The notes under the pieces were generated by a model. That model was not told the DNA's origin. It ran no database searches and saw only the letters and a program-made list of their open reading frames with translations. Position numbers and translations under genes: made by a program. Shown here piece after piece: positions 1 to 9,115 of a stretch of DNA of 64,000 nt. This DNA comes from a virus. Its lineage: Duplodnaviria; Heunggongvirae; Uroviricota; Caudoviricetes. Location of the stretch: IMG/VR virus record IMGVR_UViG_3300032250_000070, positions 1-64,000 of that record. One strand, given 5' to 3'. The first letter of the stretch is position 1. Each line of letters begins with the position of its first letter.

Positions 1-349
1 GGGGGTTGTGATATGGAGAAGGCTACTCCCCCATGGACACAAAAGGTGTATGGGGGCTAGGAAAATTTTGGGTGTCTAAGCAGGGGAATGTTCCACGTGG
101 AACGTTTGCATGAATTTTTCCAAAGTTTCATGCAGGGGGATTGTCAAGCTATAGCTTTCCCCTAGGGGATGTTTAGTCAAGGAATAGCTTTACATAATGT
201 GTCTTATAAGGGACATGTCAAGTTATAGGTTGTCCTTTTTATGGGACATTAAAAATAAATTTGGTTGGTATGAAAAAGATGTTTTATCTTTGGGGGGGAT
301 TTAGGGGGGGCCCCATTAATTCACTCTCTATTAATTAAAGCTTAGATAT
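1..349. repeat. G-tract-rich non-coding region with two copies of TGTCAAG(C/T)TATAG (142-154, 216-228), duplicated ATAGCTTT, a perfect 14-bp palindrome GTTCCACGTGGAAC (90-103), and GGGGG/CCCCC hairpin-prone tracts. Candidate genome terminus, pac site or origin.
   Basis: Read directly. At least 8 runs of G4-G7 sit in an otherwise AT-rich genome. No ORF is present. The region lies immediately upstream of the early genes and the terminase. Confidence 0.5.
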
Positions 350-595
350 ATGACAGTATTATTATTGGTCTCTTGGATTGTTGGTCTTTTAAGTGTTATT
401 GTAGTGGCATGGGGATTTATACACTTCGAGGAATGGGAGATAGGAATAGAGTTTCTCCCTAAGAATTATAACAACTTTGAACTAGGCATCTCCAATAGAA
501 ACTATGAGTTGACAGATGGAGGATTGGAACAAGAGCTTAGAATAGGGCTATTGTTATTCACCTTTTTAATCATCTTTAGGAGATTTGATGCATAA
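350..595 (+). CDS. hypothetical small protein with hydrophobic N-terminus (possible membrane protein)
   Basis: 81-aa ORF. Its N-terminal 30 aa are hydrophobic (LLLVSWIVGLLSVIVVAWGF). No recognisable motif. Confidence 0.3.
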   Translation: MTVLLLVSWIVGLLSVIVVAWGFIHFEEWEIGIEFLPKNYNNFELGISNRNYELTDGGLEQELRIGLLLFTFLIIFRRFDA

Positions 596-673
596 TATAG
601 CATTAACTTTTATAATAACTAATTTAGTTATTTGTGGGTATATGAAATGTACCTATCTTTGTATTAACTAATT

Positions 674-1024
674 ATGGAAGCAAAACCAATTGTACAACGA
701 CTAAAAACTTCATTGGAAGGAAACATTCCTATGGCTGAGAAGTATTATAGAATATTGTCAGCTGTGAATGATTTAAACCTTACAAGAAGGGAAATACAAT
801 TGATAGCCTTTGCTGCTATAAAGGGGAACATTTCTTATGCTAACATACGTAAGGAGTTTTGTGAGACATACGACAGTACGTCTCCAGCCATAAACAACAT
901 TATTTCCAAGCTGAAGAAGATGGGGATATTTGTAAAGGATGGTACAAAGGTGAAGGTAAATCCCATCATCTTGCTCAACTTCGAAAAGGATATTGTGTTA
1001 CAAATTACATTAGCACATGGATAA
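674..1024 (+). CDS. hypothetical early protein
   Basis: 116-aa ORF. It is co-directional and translationally coupled (ATGGATAA overlap) to the next gene. Confidence 0.5.
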   Translation: MEAKPIVQRLKTSLEGNIPMAEKYYRILSAVNDLNLTRREIQLIAFAAIKGNISYANIRKEFCETYDSTSPAINNIISKLKKMGIFVKDGTKVKVNPIILLNFEKDIVLQITLAHG

Positions 1025-1403
1025 GCCTATAAGTATGTCTGTCAAAGACTACCTAGTCAGAACCCTTGCTGTGAAGATGATGGTTTCTGAAAAGACAATT
1101 GAGACAGTGATAAACCACCAGTTTCAATCTGCCAACGAGGCGATGGACACAAATAACAGTATTGAAATCTCTGGGTTTGGGAAGTTTTATTTCAATGAGA
1201 AGAAAGCACAAAAACGTCTTGTAGACTTAACTAGGAAGAAAAACCTAATGCTTGAGTTCATAGCCAGTGCTGACACCTCTGAACAAAAGAAGCGTTCCTC
1301 TCAAGTGACACTAGAAAAAACAGAAGCTCTAATCAATTTGTTAAAAAGTAAAATTACATATGAAGATCAACTTCTCTCAGATATACGAGGGCTGGAAGAA
1401 TAA
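1017..1403 (+). CDS. HU/IHF-family DNA-binding protein
   Basis: 128 aa. The N-terminal half matches the HU fold pattern. This includes the signature beta-arm GFGKF (ISGFGKFYFNEKKAQKRL) and a basic arm. Confidence 0.65.
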   Translation: MDKPISMSVKDYLVRTLAVKMMVSEKTIETVINHQFQSANEAMDTNNSIEISGFGKFYFNEKKAQKRLVDLTRKKNLMLEFIASADTSEQKKRSSQVTLEKTEALINLLKSKITYEDQLLSDIRGLEE

Positions 1404-1422
1404 CCTATTCCCAGCTGATGAT

Positions 1423-1707
1423 ATGAAAAAGCAAATTAGAGAGATTAGCCAACAGCGTATGGCTATCTGTGATGCCTGTGAATGGTGTTCTGAAAACAGA
1501 CCTAAGAAACCTAGGAGATTTGATAAGCATTGTACACATTGTGGCTGTGTTCTATCAGCAAAGACTAAGTGTCTATCTTGTGCTTGCCCTATAGAAAAGT
1601 GGGTGGCAGAGATGGAATCAAGAGAGGAAGAAGAACAATTAATACAAACAGTATATGGAAAACAAGGAAGTGAAGATTCAAAAGATTCCACTGGACGCTC
1701 TAATTGA
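1423..1707 (+). CDS. Cys-rich (putative zinc-binding) small protein
   Basis: The ORF track starts at 1360 and overlaps the HU gene. The in-frame ATG at 1423 lies just after the HU stop. Cysteines: CDACEWC ... CTHCGC ... CLSCAC (about 9 Cys). The C-terminus is acidic. Confidence 0.45.
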   Translation: MKKQIREISQQRMAICDACEWCSENRPKKPRRFDKHCTHCGCVLSAKTKCLSCACPIEKWVAEMESREEEEQLIQTVYGKQGSEDSKDSTGRSN

Positions 1708-1915
1708 GACGTTAGTTAGCCTTTATAATCAAGGAATAGACTATATTGATATATCTGGAAAACCAGGTACAGCTTTTGATAGTATGGCAATAGTCTTTAC
1801 AGAAGAATATATGACAGAAGAAGGAAAGAAGAATTTTGCAGGAGGAGACATTGACTTCAATTTGGAGTTTGGTCCAAGCAAACTAACAGATGACGATATA
1901 AACCAGTTAATATAA
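1655..1915 (+). CDS. hypothetical protein
   Basis: 86-aa ORF, acidic. Confidence 0.4.
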   Translation: MENKEVKIQKIPLDALIETLVSLYNQGIDYIDISGKPGTAFDSMAIVFTEEYMTEEGKKNFAGGDIDFNLEFGPSKLTDDDINQLI

Positions 1916-1919
1916 TACA

Positions 1920-2207
1920 ATGAGTAAAAAGACTCACTATACAGAAGTGATATCTATATTGCAAGAACTACATAAAGACTTCCCTACATACAATTTGGGA
2001 AGACACTTAGCTACAGCTCTTGATGGATATGGTGACATTTGGGGTATAACAGATAAAGAATTAGCATTTGCTCTAAGCAAATATAAGTCTGAAATAGAAA
2101 TGGACATTCCTCATACAGAGGATTCTGAATTAGAAAAGATAATTAAAGAGGGGATGGACCTTGATAACATTCTAAAAGAAGAAGAAGAAGATTATGGCGA
2201 CTATTAA
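1920..2207 (+). CDS. hypothetical protein (acidic C-terminus)
   Basis: 95-aa ORF. Confidence 0.45.
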   Translation: MSKKTHYTEVISILQELHKDFPTYNLGRHLATALDGYGDIWGITDKELAFALSKYKSEIEMDIPHTEDSELEKIIKEGMDLDNILKEEEEDYGDY

Positions 2208-2526
2208 GAAAACTACATACATAAATACAGAGCTTGAATGGGCTGAGACACAACTTGCTTCATGGAAACAATATGTTGATGCTAATCCACTACATGAACT
2301 AAAGGATAGAATTGAGTGGAAACCTACAGCTAAAGGAGGCATGTTACCTATGGTCATAGCTTCTATTGAAGCACAAGGTAAGTTTGTACAAGAGACAATG
2401 AAAAACTACCTTGCCCTAGTGGAAGTGGTAGATAAGTTAAGAAACATGGAAGAAGCTAAGGTGGAAGTGAGAGGAAAAGGTGAGTTATCAGGAGCAGCTG
2501 CTGAGTTCTTAGCAAATAGAAAATGA
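2194..2526 (+). CDS. hypothetical protein; positional candidate for small terminase subunit
   Basis: 110 aa. It lies immediately upstream of, and is coupled (ATGATAG) to, the large terminase ORF. No motif support. Confidence 0.35.
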   Translation: MATIKKTTYINTELEWAETQLASWKQYVDANPLHELKDRIEWKPTAKGGMLPMVIASIEAQGKFVQETMKNYLALVEVVDKLRNMEEAKVEVRGKGELSGAAAEFLANRK

Positions 2527-4565
2527 TAGAACTACAAAACATAGATTACAAAGACTGGTTTATAAATCAGAAACGTATTCCTGACAAAGACTCTCAGGAG
2601 TGTAAGCCATTCTTTGACTTTCACAGAGAGCTATGTTTGAATGGAGCTATGATGGGGGGTGTTTACATTAACCCCTTTTTGTATTGGCACCTAAACATCT
2701 GGCATACAGAAGTTGACGTAATAGATGAAAGAGGAAGGATTGCACAGAAATATGCCAATCCTTTTTTAAGAGATAATGAATGGCTTGTGACAAATGAAAT
2801 TGACAGAGCTCAACAAGAAAAGAGAGGCTTAGTCATTCTAGGTATTAGACGTTTTGCCAAGTCAGTTTTAGAAGCATCCTATATTGCATGGGGTGCGACC
2901 TTTGATGAAAACAGTCAGAATATCATAGCAGGCTTAAATGCCCCAGATATTAAACTGATTACTGATAAGATTGACAAAGGATTGAATTTCATTCCTGAGT
3001 ATTGGAGATGGCAGAGAATTGAGGACAACTGGAAGAACCAAGTGACTCTAGGTATAAAGACCAAGTCTGGTGAACGTATCCCATTCTCTTCCATTCTAAT
3101 ACGTAACCTTGATGAAGGTAATAATGAAGAGGCAATTGCAGGTACAAAACCACGTAAATTAATTATAGATGAGATTGGTAAAGGTAATTTCCTTCGAGGC
3201 TTACAGGCTGCTATTCCAGGTTTCACAACACCCTATGGCTGGGGATGTTCTCCTATTCTTACTGGCACAGGCGGTGATATGAAGAAATTCATGGATGCAA
3301 AATCCTTGATGTTTGACGTAGACAATTTTAACTTCCTTACATATAATAACAGTAAAGATGACAAACGTGTACATGGGTTGTTCATCTCCCATAAATATAG
3401 AATGGAGGCAAAGGAGGATTCTACATTAGGGACATATTTGAACGAACCATCCACTTCAGACTTACATAATGTAAAGATGCTTGTAAGTAATGAAGAAAAG
3501 GCTACACAGATTACTAATGATAACTTAGAAAGACTTAAGAAAGCTGGAGATAGAATAGCCTACCTAAAAGAAAAAATGTACTATCCTCAGGAAGTGGATG
3601 ATATCTTCTTGAATGAGGACACAAACATATTTGATATTGATAGTGCTAAGAGACAGAAGATTAGATTGTTAAATCAAGAAAGAACAGGAACTCCTGTTGT
3701 CTTGTTTAATGATGGAGAGAAGATAGCTCATGAGTTTACAGATAAATTACCCATCTCTAACTTCCCTCTAAAAAACTCAGACCTAAAAGAAGCACCTGTT
3801 GTTATATATGAATTCCCTATAGATAATCCACCTTATGGATTGTACGTAGCAGGAGTCGATCCATATAGACAAGGTAAGTCTGCATATTCAAGTTCACTTG
3901 GATCTGTATACATATATAAGAGAATGCATGAAATTAGTGGTGAGAAATATCAAGATATGTTCGTAGCTTCGTATTGTGCAAGACCTGATAAGAAAGAAAC
4001 TTGGGAAGAACAAGCTAGATTTCTTATTAAATACTATAACGCTAGAACACTGTGTGAGAATGATGATATATCATTTATTGAATATATGAAGGCTAAAGGG
4101 GATGCTCACTATCTAGAGAGACAACCTGACTGGCTTAAAGAGATTGTTCCTAATACCACTGTAAAAAGAGATTATGGAATTCATCGTTCAAGTCAGAAGA
4201 TAATTGACTATCTTCACACGTGCTTGAAAAAGTATATGGAAGCCCCCATCTTTGTAGAGAAGAATGATGCAGGTGAAGTGATTAGAGAAGTCTTGGGTGT
4301 GAGTAAGATATTTGATCCTGTATTGCTTGAAGAGATTATTCAATACAATGATCAAGGTAACTTTGATAGAATCATTGCTGCAGAGTTAGCCATAGCACAA
4401 GCGTTAAAGATGGACCCAATAATGGGTAAGATAGGTGGTACATCAGATGAGAGAGTGGCTTCTATGTTTAATAAGAAAAGAGGTAATGTACTTTTCACTG
4501 AAACTAGGAACAACATGTTTGGACAATCAAGAAATAAATATAAACGAAATAAATTGTTTTCATAA
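2523..4565 (+). CDS. terL: terminase large subunit
   Basis: 680 aa. It has a deviant Walker A-like GIRRFAKS (compare T4 gp17 SRQLGKT) and a Walker B-like KLIIDEIG. It sits directly 5' of the portal-sized ORF, which is the canonical order. Confidence 0.6.
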   Translation: MIELQNIDYKDWFINQKRIPDKDSQECKPFFDFHRELCLNGAMMGGVYINPFLYWHLNIWHTEVDVIDERGRIAQKYANPFLRDNEWLVTNEIDRAQQEKRGLVILGIRRFAKSVLEASYIAWGATFDENSQNIIAGLNAPDIKLITDKIDKGLNFIPEYWRWQRIEDNWKNQVTLGIKTKSGERIPFSSILIRNLDEGNNEEAIAGTKPRKLIIDEIGKGNFLRGLQAAIPGFTTPYGWGCSPILTGTGGDMKKFMDAKSLMFDVDNFNFLTYNNSKDDKRVHGLFISHKYRMEAKEDSTLGTYLNEPSTSDLHNVKMLVSNEEKATQITNDNLERLKKAGDRIAYLKEKMYYPQEVDDIFLNEDTNIFDIDSAKRQKIRLLNQERTGTPVVLFNDGEKIAHEFTDKLPISNFPLKNSDLKEAPVVIYEFPIDNPPYGLYVAGVDPYRQGKSAYSSSLGSVYIYKRMHEISGEKYQDMFVASYCARPDKKETWEEQARFLIKYYNARTLCENDDISFIEYMKAKGDAHYLERQPDWLKEIVPNTTVKRDYGIHRSSQKIIDYLHTCLKKYMEAPIFVEKNDAGEVIREVLGVSKIFDPVLLEEIIQYNDQGNFDRIIAAELAIAQALKMDPIMGKIGGTSDERVASMFNKKRGNVLFTETRNNMFGQSRNKYKRNKLFS

Positions 4566-7147
4566 TGGCAATTATAAGATACACAAAAGACGCAACAATC
4601 AGGTATGCCTACCTTAATATCTTCCCTGATCAGTTCAAGACTGAGAAGGAAAAGATGGATGAGAGTTGGATTAAAAACTCAATGGATTACTTTGCTAACA
4701 AGGCTTATGCTGAGTATGTAAAGAACAGAGATACATTTGTTAAAAACTATGACCTTGTAAAAGGCATTTTAAGAAGAGAAGATTTCTACCAAGAACCAGA
4801 AGTAAGAAGCTTCACAGATGTGCTCACAGCAGATCTAGCTCTTCCTGCCTATGTAAAACATTATTCTATAATGACCACTCCTATTAATGAGTTAGTAGGA
4901 GAGATCAGTAAAAGACCTGATGCATTTCGTGTCAAAGCATTTGATGATGATAGTAAATCTGAAGAGCTTGAGTTTAAAACTCAACTATTACAAGACTATG
5001 TTGTTTCTCAAGCACAAAGAAAAATATTAGAGAAAGCAGCATTTGATGGTGTAGAAATTTCAGATGATGAGTTACAAGAGAAAACATTAGAACAAGTAAA
5101 GGATGAACTTGATAGCTACACCTCTGTAGCAGAGAAGTGGGCAAATCACATATTGACTGCTGAGAAAGCTGAGTTTGTATTAAAGGAAAAATCTGAAGAT
5201 GCCTTTAGAGATCTTTTGATTTCTTCTAGAGAATTCTTCCATATATATGAAGACAACTCAAAAACTGGATTTAATGTTGAGGTGGCTAATCCTAAGAACA
5301 CCTGGTTCTTAACCACTCCAGATAGAAAGTATATATCAGATACAACTGGTAGAAACCAAGGAGCATATGCTGCTGGTACTGTACAGGTTATGGAACTATC
5401 TGAAATCATTGAGTCTATTCCAGACTTAACTAAAGATGAGATAGATCACTTACGTAGTTCATTACAAGATTATGGTCTTATCAACGTACGTGAATCTAAC
5501 TTGGGTAATCCTGATGCTGTTCCTGGTAATGACTCTATTCAATATGATACATATGATCCATTAGTCCTACAGACTAGAATGATCATTGAGTCTGAGATGA
5601 AAGAGAACAATGATGGTCTTCAAGATTTCTTAGGACTAACGTCAAACGTTAGCTCTTTTGGTTACAAGTATGTTGTGGTAAGATCCTATTGGATTTCTAA
5701 AAAGAAGATAGGAAAGGTAATATATACAGATGAGATGGGTAATGAACAATCCATGTTAGTAGATGAAGACTATAAATCTAAAACAATTCCTACAGAAATT
5801 TCATTAGAGTGGGGATGGATTAACCAATGGTACCAAGGTATTAAGATTGGTCCAGATATCTATCATATCAAACCTTATAACTTATTACCTTACTGTCCAA
5901 TCATTGGTCAAGTATTTGAAGTGAAGAATACAGAGGCTAAGAGCCTTGTAGATATGATGAAGCCTTTCCAAGTTTTATATAATGTGTGTATGAACCAATT
6001 ATATAAGTTGCTTGAGAAGGAAGTGGGTAAGGTGCAATTAATGTCTATCAGACATATTCCTATTCCTAAGGATGGAGATGCACAAGATGCTCTTGATATT
6101 TGGGAAATGGAAGCTCGTAACAGAGGTGTGGTGTTTGTAGATGACAGCCCTGAGAACTTAAAGAGCCCAAGCTCATTTAATCAATATACTAGCTTAGACC
6201 TTACACGTACGCAGGAGATCCAAGCAAGATATACTTTAGCACAACAACTTAAGAATGAGTGTTGGGAATTGATAGGTATGTCAAGACAAAGACTTGGTTC
6301 TGTACAGGCTAGTGAATCAGCTACAGGTACTAACGCAGCTATTACACAATCTTATGCTCAGACAGAACCTTTGTTTGTAGCTCATGAATATGTATTAGGT
6401 CAGCTATATCAATCAATTATTGATGCAGCTTTATATGTTGAGAGTAAGAAGCCACAGTCTACTATATCTTATGTTACATCTGAGGGAGAATCTGCATTTG
6501 TATCTGTGAATGGTACAGACTTACGTTTTAGAGACTTAAAAGTATTCTTAACTAATAGACCTGAAGACAGACAAATGTTTAATGAAATTAGAGGATTGTC
6601 TCAAGCTGTTATACAAAATGGTGGAAGCTTACATGATGTAATTGAACTATATAGCACCAACTCAATGAGACAAATGAAGCAGGTGTTTAAGAAGTTGAAG
6701 GATAGACAAGAAGCTATACAGAATACTCAGATACAACAGAAGCAACAAGAGATTGAACAACAACAACAAATTGCTCAAGCTCAAATTGAAGCAGCTCAAG
6801 CACAAGCAGAAGAAAAACTAGCTAATGAAAACTATCAAGCTGAACTTGATAGAATCAACAAGAAGGAGATTGCTCTTATTGCAGCTGAGTCTAAGAGTGG
6901 TCCTTTATCAGATCTTGATACTAGTGGCACCCCTGATGTTTTAGAGATTGACAAACTAGCTTTGGCTCAGTCAAAGGCTGAAAGAGACTATCAAGCTAAG
7001 ATGATGGATGTACAAAGTAAGAATCAACTTGCTACTCAGAAGCTAGAAATAGAAAGAGAGAAGCTAAAGATAGCTAGAGAGAATCAAGCAAATGATCTTG
7101 CTGTAGCTAAAGAGAACGCTAAGGGCAGAGCTAAGAAAACCAAATAA
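4565..7147 (+). CDS. portal protein (putative) with Q/A/E-rich C-terminal coiled coil
   Basis: 860-aa ORF. It follows terL with a TAATG junction. A C-terminal low-complexity coiled coil (QQKQQEIEQQQQIAQAQIEAAQAQAEEK...) is present. The call is by position and size only. Confidence 0.5.
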   Translation: MAIIRYTKDATIRYAYLNIFPDQFKTEKEKMDESWIKNSMDYFANKAYAEYVKNRDTFVKNYDLVKGILRREDFYQEPEVRSFTDVLTADLALPAYVKHYSIMTTPINELVGEISKRPDAFRVKAFDDDSKSEELEFKTQLLQDYVVSQAQRKILEKAAFDGVEISDDELQEKTLEQVKDELDSYTSVAEKWANHILTAEKAEFVLKEKSEDAFRDLLISSREFFHIYEDNSKTGFNVEVANPKNTWFLTTPDRKYISDTTGRNQGAYAAGTVQVMELSEIIESIPDLTKDEIDHLRSSLQDYGLINVRESNLGNPDAVPGNDSIQYDTYDPLVLQTRMIIESEMKENNDGLQDFLGLTSNVSSFGYKYVVVRSYWISKKKIGKVIYTDEMGNEQSMLVDEDYKSKTIPTEISLEWGWINQWYQGIKIGPDIYHIKPYNLLPYCPIIGQVFEVKNTEAKSLVDMMKPFQVLYNVCMNQLYKLLEKEVGKVQLMSIRHIPIPKDGDAQDALDIWEMEARNRGVVFVDDSPENLKSPSSFNQYTSLDLTRTQEIQARYTLAQQLKNECWELIGMSRQRLGSVQASESATGTNAAITQSYAQTEPLFVAHEYVLGQLYQSIIDAALYVESKKPQSTISYVTSEGESAFVSVNGTDLRFRDLKVFLTNRPEDRQMFNEIRGLSQAVIQNGGSLHDVIELYSTNSMRQMKQVFKKLKDRQEAIQNTQIQQKQQEIEQQQQIAQAQIEAAQAQAEEKLANENYQAELDRINKKEIALIAAESKSGPLSDLDTSGTPDVLEIDKLALAQSKAERDYQAKMMDVQSKNQLATQKLEIEREKLKIARENQANDLAVAKENAKGRAKKTK

Positions 7148-7149
7148 CT

Positions 7150-7680
7150 ATGTTTGATAAACTAATTGATGTATTAATTGAATGGTGGAATCATATTCTA
7201 CCATTCATCATTGTTAGAGATTATGAACAAGCTGTACTTCTAAGATTTGGAAGGTTTAATCAAGTGTTGCTTCCAGGCATACATTTCAAGATACCTTTCT
7301 TTGATGAGGTGATTGATCAGCATGTTGTAGTTACAACACTTAGTTTGGATGCACAGTCTTTATACACCTTGGACAAACAAAACATTGTTGTCAAGGGGGT
7401 TGTAAAATACAAGATATCAGATGTAAAGATATTCCTACTTGAAGTGTTTGATGCCCAAGATGCATTGTCAGACATGTCTCAAAGCATAATAAAAAACGTT
7501 ATTATGTCAATGACCATGGAGGAATGTACAGATTCTGAGTTAGACAACACTTTAACAAAGAAGGTGAGAGTGGAAGCTAGGAAGTGGGGTGTTGATGTTC
7601 AACAAGTTACATTGACAGACCTTGCTCCAATTAGAAGCTATAGGCTTATAAATGACAATTTTCTTAACAAATTAGATTAG
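7150..7680 (+). CDS. SPFH (band 7 / stomatin-prohibitin-HflK/C) domain protein
   Basis: 176 aa. It matches the SPFH core along its whole length: ...YEQAVLLRFGRF..LPGIHFKIPFFDEVI...VVKGVVKYKISDV... and the C-terminal WGVDVQQVTLTDL (compare WGIxVxxVxIxDI). Confidence 0.8.
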   Translation: MFDKLIDVLIEWWNHILPFIIVRDYEQAVLLRFGRFNQVLLPGIHFKIPFFDEVIDQHVVVTTLSLDAQSLYTLDKQNIVVKGVVKYKISDVKIFLLEVFDAQDALSDMSQSIIKNVIMSMTMEECTDSELDNTLTKKVRVEARKWGVDVQQVTLTDLAPIRSYRLINDNFLNKLD

Positions 7681-7765
7681 AGTAAAAAATATTAATGCTA
7701 TATTATATTGAATAATGATCGATATAAAGGCTCCTCTCTTTGCTGTTAACTTAACTTAATATACT

Positions 7766-7802
7766 TTTACATACGAAACCAATTAAAACTCAACTACATA
7801 TG
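7766..7802 (+). promoter_or_regulatory. conserved leader/promoter-like element TTTACA-N(~28)-CAACTACATATG spanning the start codon of the 7800 ORF
   Basis: The same AACTACATATG start context recurs at 10851-10862 and 19531-19541. All three follow intergenic gaps or terminators. Confidence 0.4.
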
Positions 7803-9080
7803 GCTGAAAATCTAGATATGCCCCAAATGGGCAACTTCAGTATTCAAGATACTATGGATATGGGAATGGGAAATCAAGAGTTATTAAATGACTTATTATC
7901 TCCTGATAGTGCTACATCTAATCCTGATGACATTCAGGACATTAAAGATGAACCTGCTCCTGCTCCAACAAAGAAAACTACTTCTAAACAAACAGCTGCA
8001 TCAACTCCTGCTCCAGAAGAAGATAAGAAAGATGAAGCTCCTGAAAAGGACATTCAAAGTTTCTTATACGGAGAAGATGATGACACTGAAGAAGATGATG
8101 AAGAAGCAGCTGCACCAGCTAAAAAAGCTACGCAACCTGCTGATAATCAAGAAGATAGTAATGACGAGAATGATGAGGAAGGAGATAGTGCTCCTGAATC
8201 AACGTTTTCATCTTTATCCAAAGACCTTTTCAAACTTGGTGTATTCACCCAAGGAGAAGATGATGAAGAAGAACCAATTACAACTGCTGAAGAATTCTTA
8301 GAGCGTTTTAATGCTGAGAAGAAAAAAGGAGCAATTGAAGTGGTTGATAACTTCATTGGTCAGTTTGGAGAAGATTATCAAAAAGCATTTGATGCCATAT
8401 TTGTAAAAGGAGTTAGTCCAAAAGACTACTTTAGTGCATTTAATCAAATCCAATCTTTCTCTGAGATGGATTTAAGCGATGAGAGTAATCAAGTTGCTGT
8501 TATCAAACAAGCATTGACAGATCAAGGGTTTGATCCTGAAGATGTTACAACAGAGGTTGAAAGACTTAAAAACTATGGTGATTTAGAAACTGTTGCTGCT
8601 AAACATCATAAAGTCTTAATAAAGAAAGAAGCATCAAAGCTTCAACAATTAGAGCAAGATAAACAAGCTCAATTACAACAGCAACAAGCCATCAAGCAAC
8701 AATACTTACAGAATGTAAACAATGTTTTACAGGATAAGATCAAAGCTAAAGAATTTGATGGCATACCAATTAACCCTAAATTAGCTGGTGAACTACAAGA
8801 TTTCCTAGTAACAGACAAGTACAAGACAGCATCTGGAGAAACTCTTACAGATTTTGATCGTACTATACTGGAGCTGAAACGTCCTGAGAATCATGAGAAG
8901 AAAGTTAAACTTGCTCTATTGATGAAAATCATTGAGAAAGATCCTACACTATCTACAATTCAAAAGACAGGTATCACCAAAAAATCAAATGAGTTATTTG
9001 GTGAGGTTGCCAGACAAGCCCAGAAGAGTTCAGTGAAATCGAAACAGTCAGCTAGATCTACTTCTTCTTGGTTTCAATAA
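7800..9080 (+). CDS. acidic, D/E-rich coiled-coil protein; putative scaffolding protein
   Basis: 426 aa. It is highly acidic (EDDDTEEDDEE...) with a Q-rich coiled coil (QLEQDKQAQLQQQQAIKQQ). It lies between the portal and the putative major capsid protein. Confidence 0.5.
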   Translation: MAENLDMPQMGNFSIQDTMDMGMGNQELLNDLLSPDSATSNPDDIQDIKDEPAPAPTKKTTSKQTAASTPAPEEDKKDEAPEKDIQSFLYGEDDDTEEDDEEAAAPAKKATQPADNQEDSNDENDEEGDSAPESTFSSLSKDLFKLGVFTQGEDDEEEPITTAEEFLERFNAEKKKGAIEVVDNFIGQFGEDYQKAFDAIFVKGVSPKDYFSAFNQIQSFSEMDLSDESNQVAVIKQALTDQGFDPEDVTTEVERLKNYGDLETVAAKHHKVLIKKEASKLQQLEQDKQAQLQQQQAIKQQYLQNVNNVLQDKIKAKEFDGIPINPKLAGELQDFLVTDKYKTASGETLTDFDRTILELKRPENHEKKVKLALLMKIIEKDPTLSTIQKTGITKKSNELFGEVARQAQKSSVKSKQSARSTSSWFQ

Positions 9081-9115
9081 ACAATTTATATAACAAAAAT
9101 TAAAAAAGTATAACA

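Noticed and set aside
2915-5409. Several 60-100-aa minus-strand ORFs inside terL and portal (2915-3226, 3201-3392, 3233-3454, 5146-5409)
   Set aside because: They are fully embedded antisense to long, well-supported + strand genes, short, and without start context. Chance ORFs are expected in AT-rich sequence.
7888-8301. 137-aa ORF nested in an alternate frame of the acidic scaffold-like gene
   Set aside because: It lies entirely within the 7800-9080 ORF and translates to a low-complexity K/L-rich product, typical of an overprinted spurious frame in an A-rich gene.
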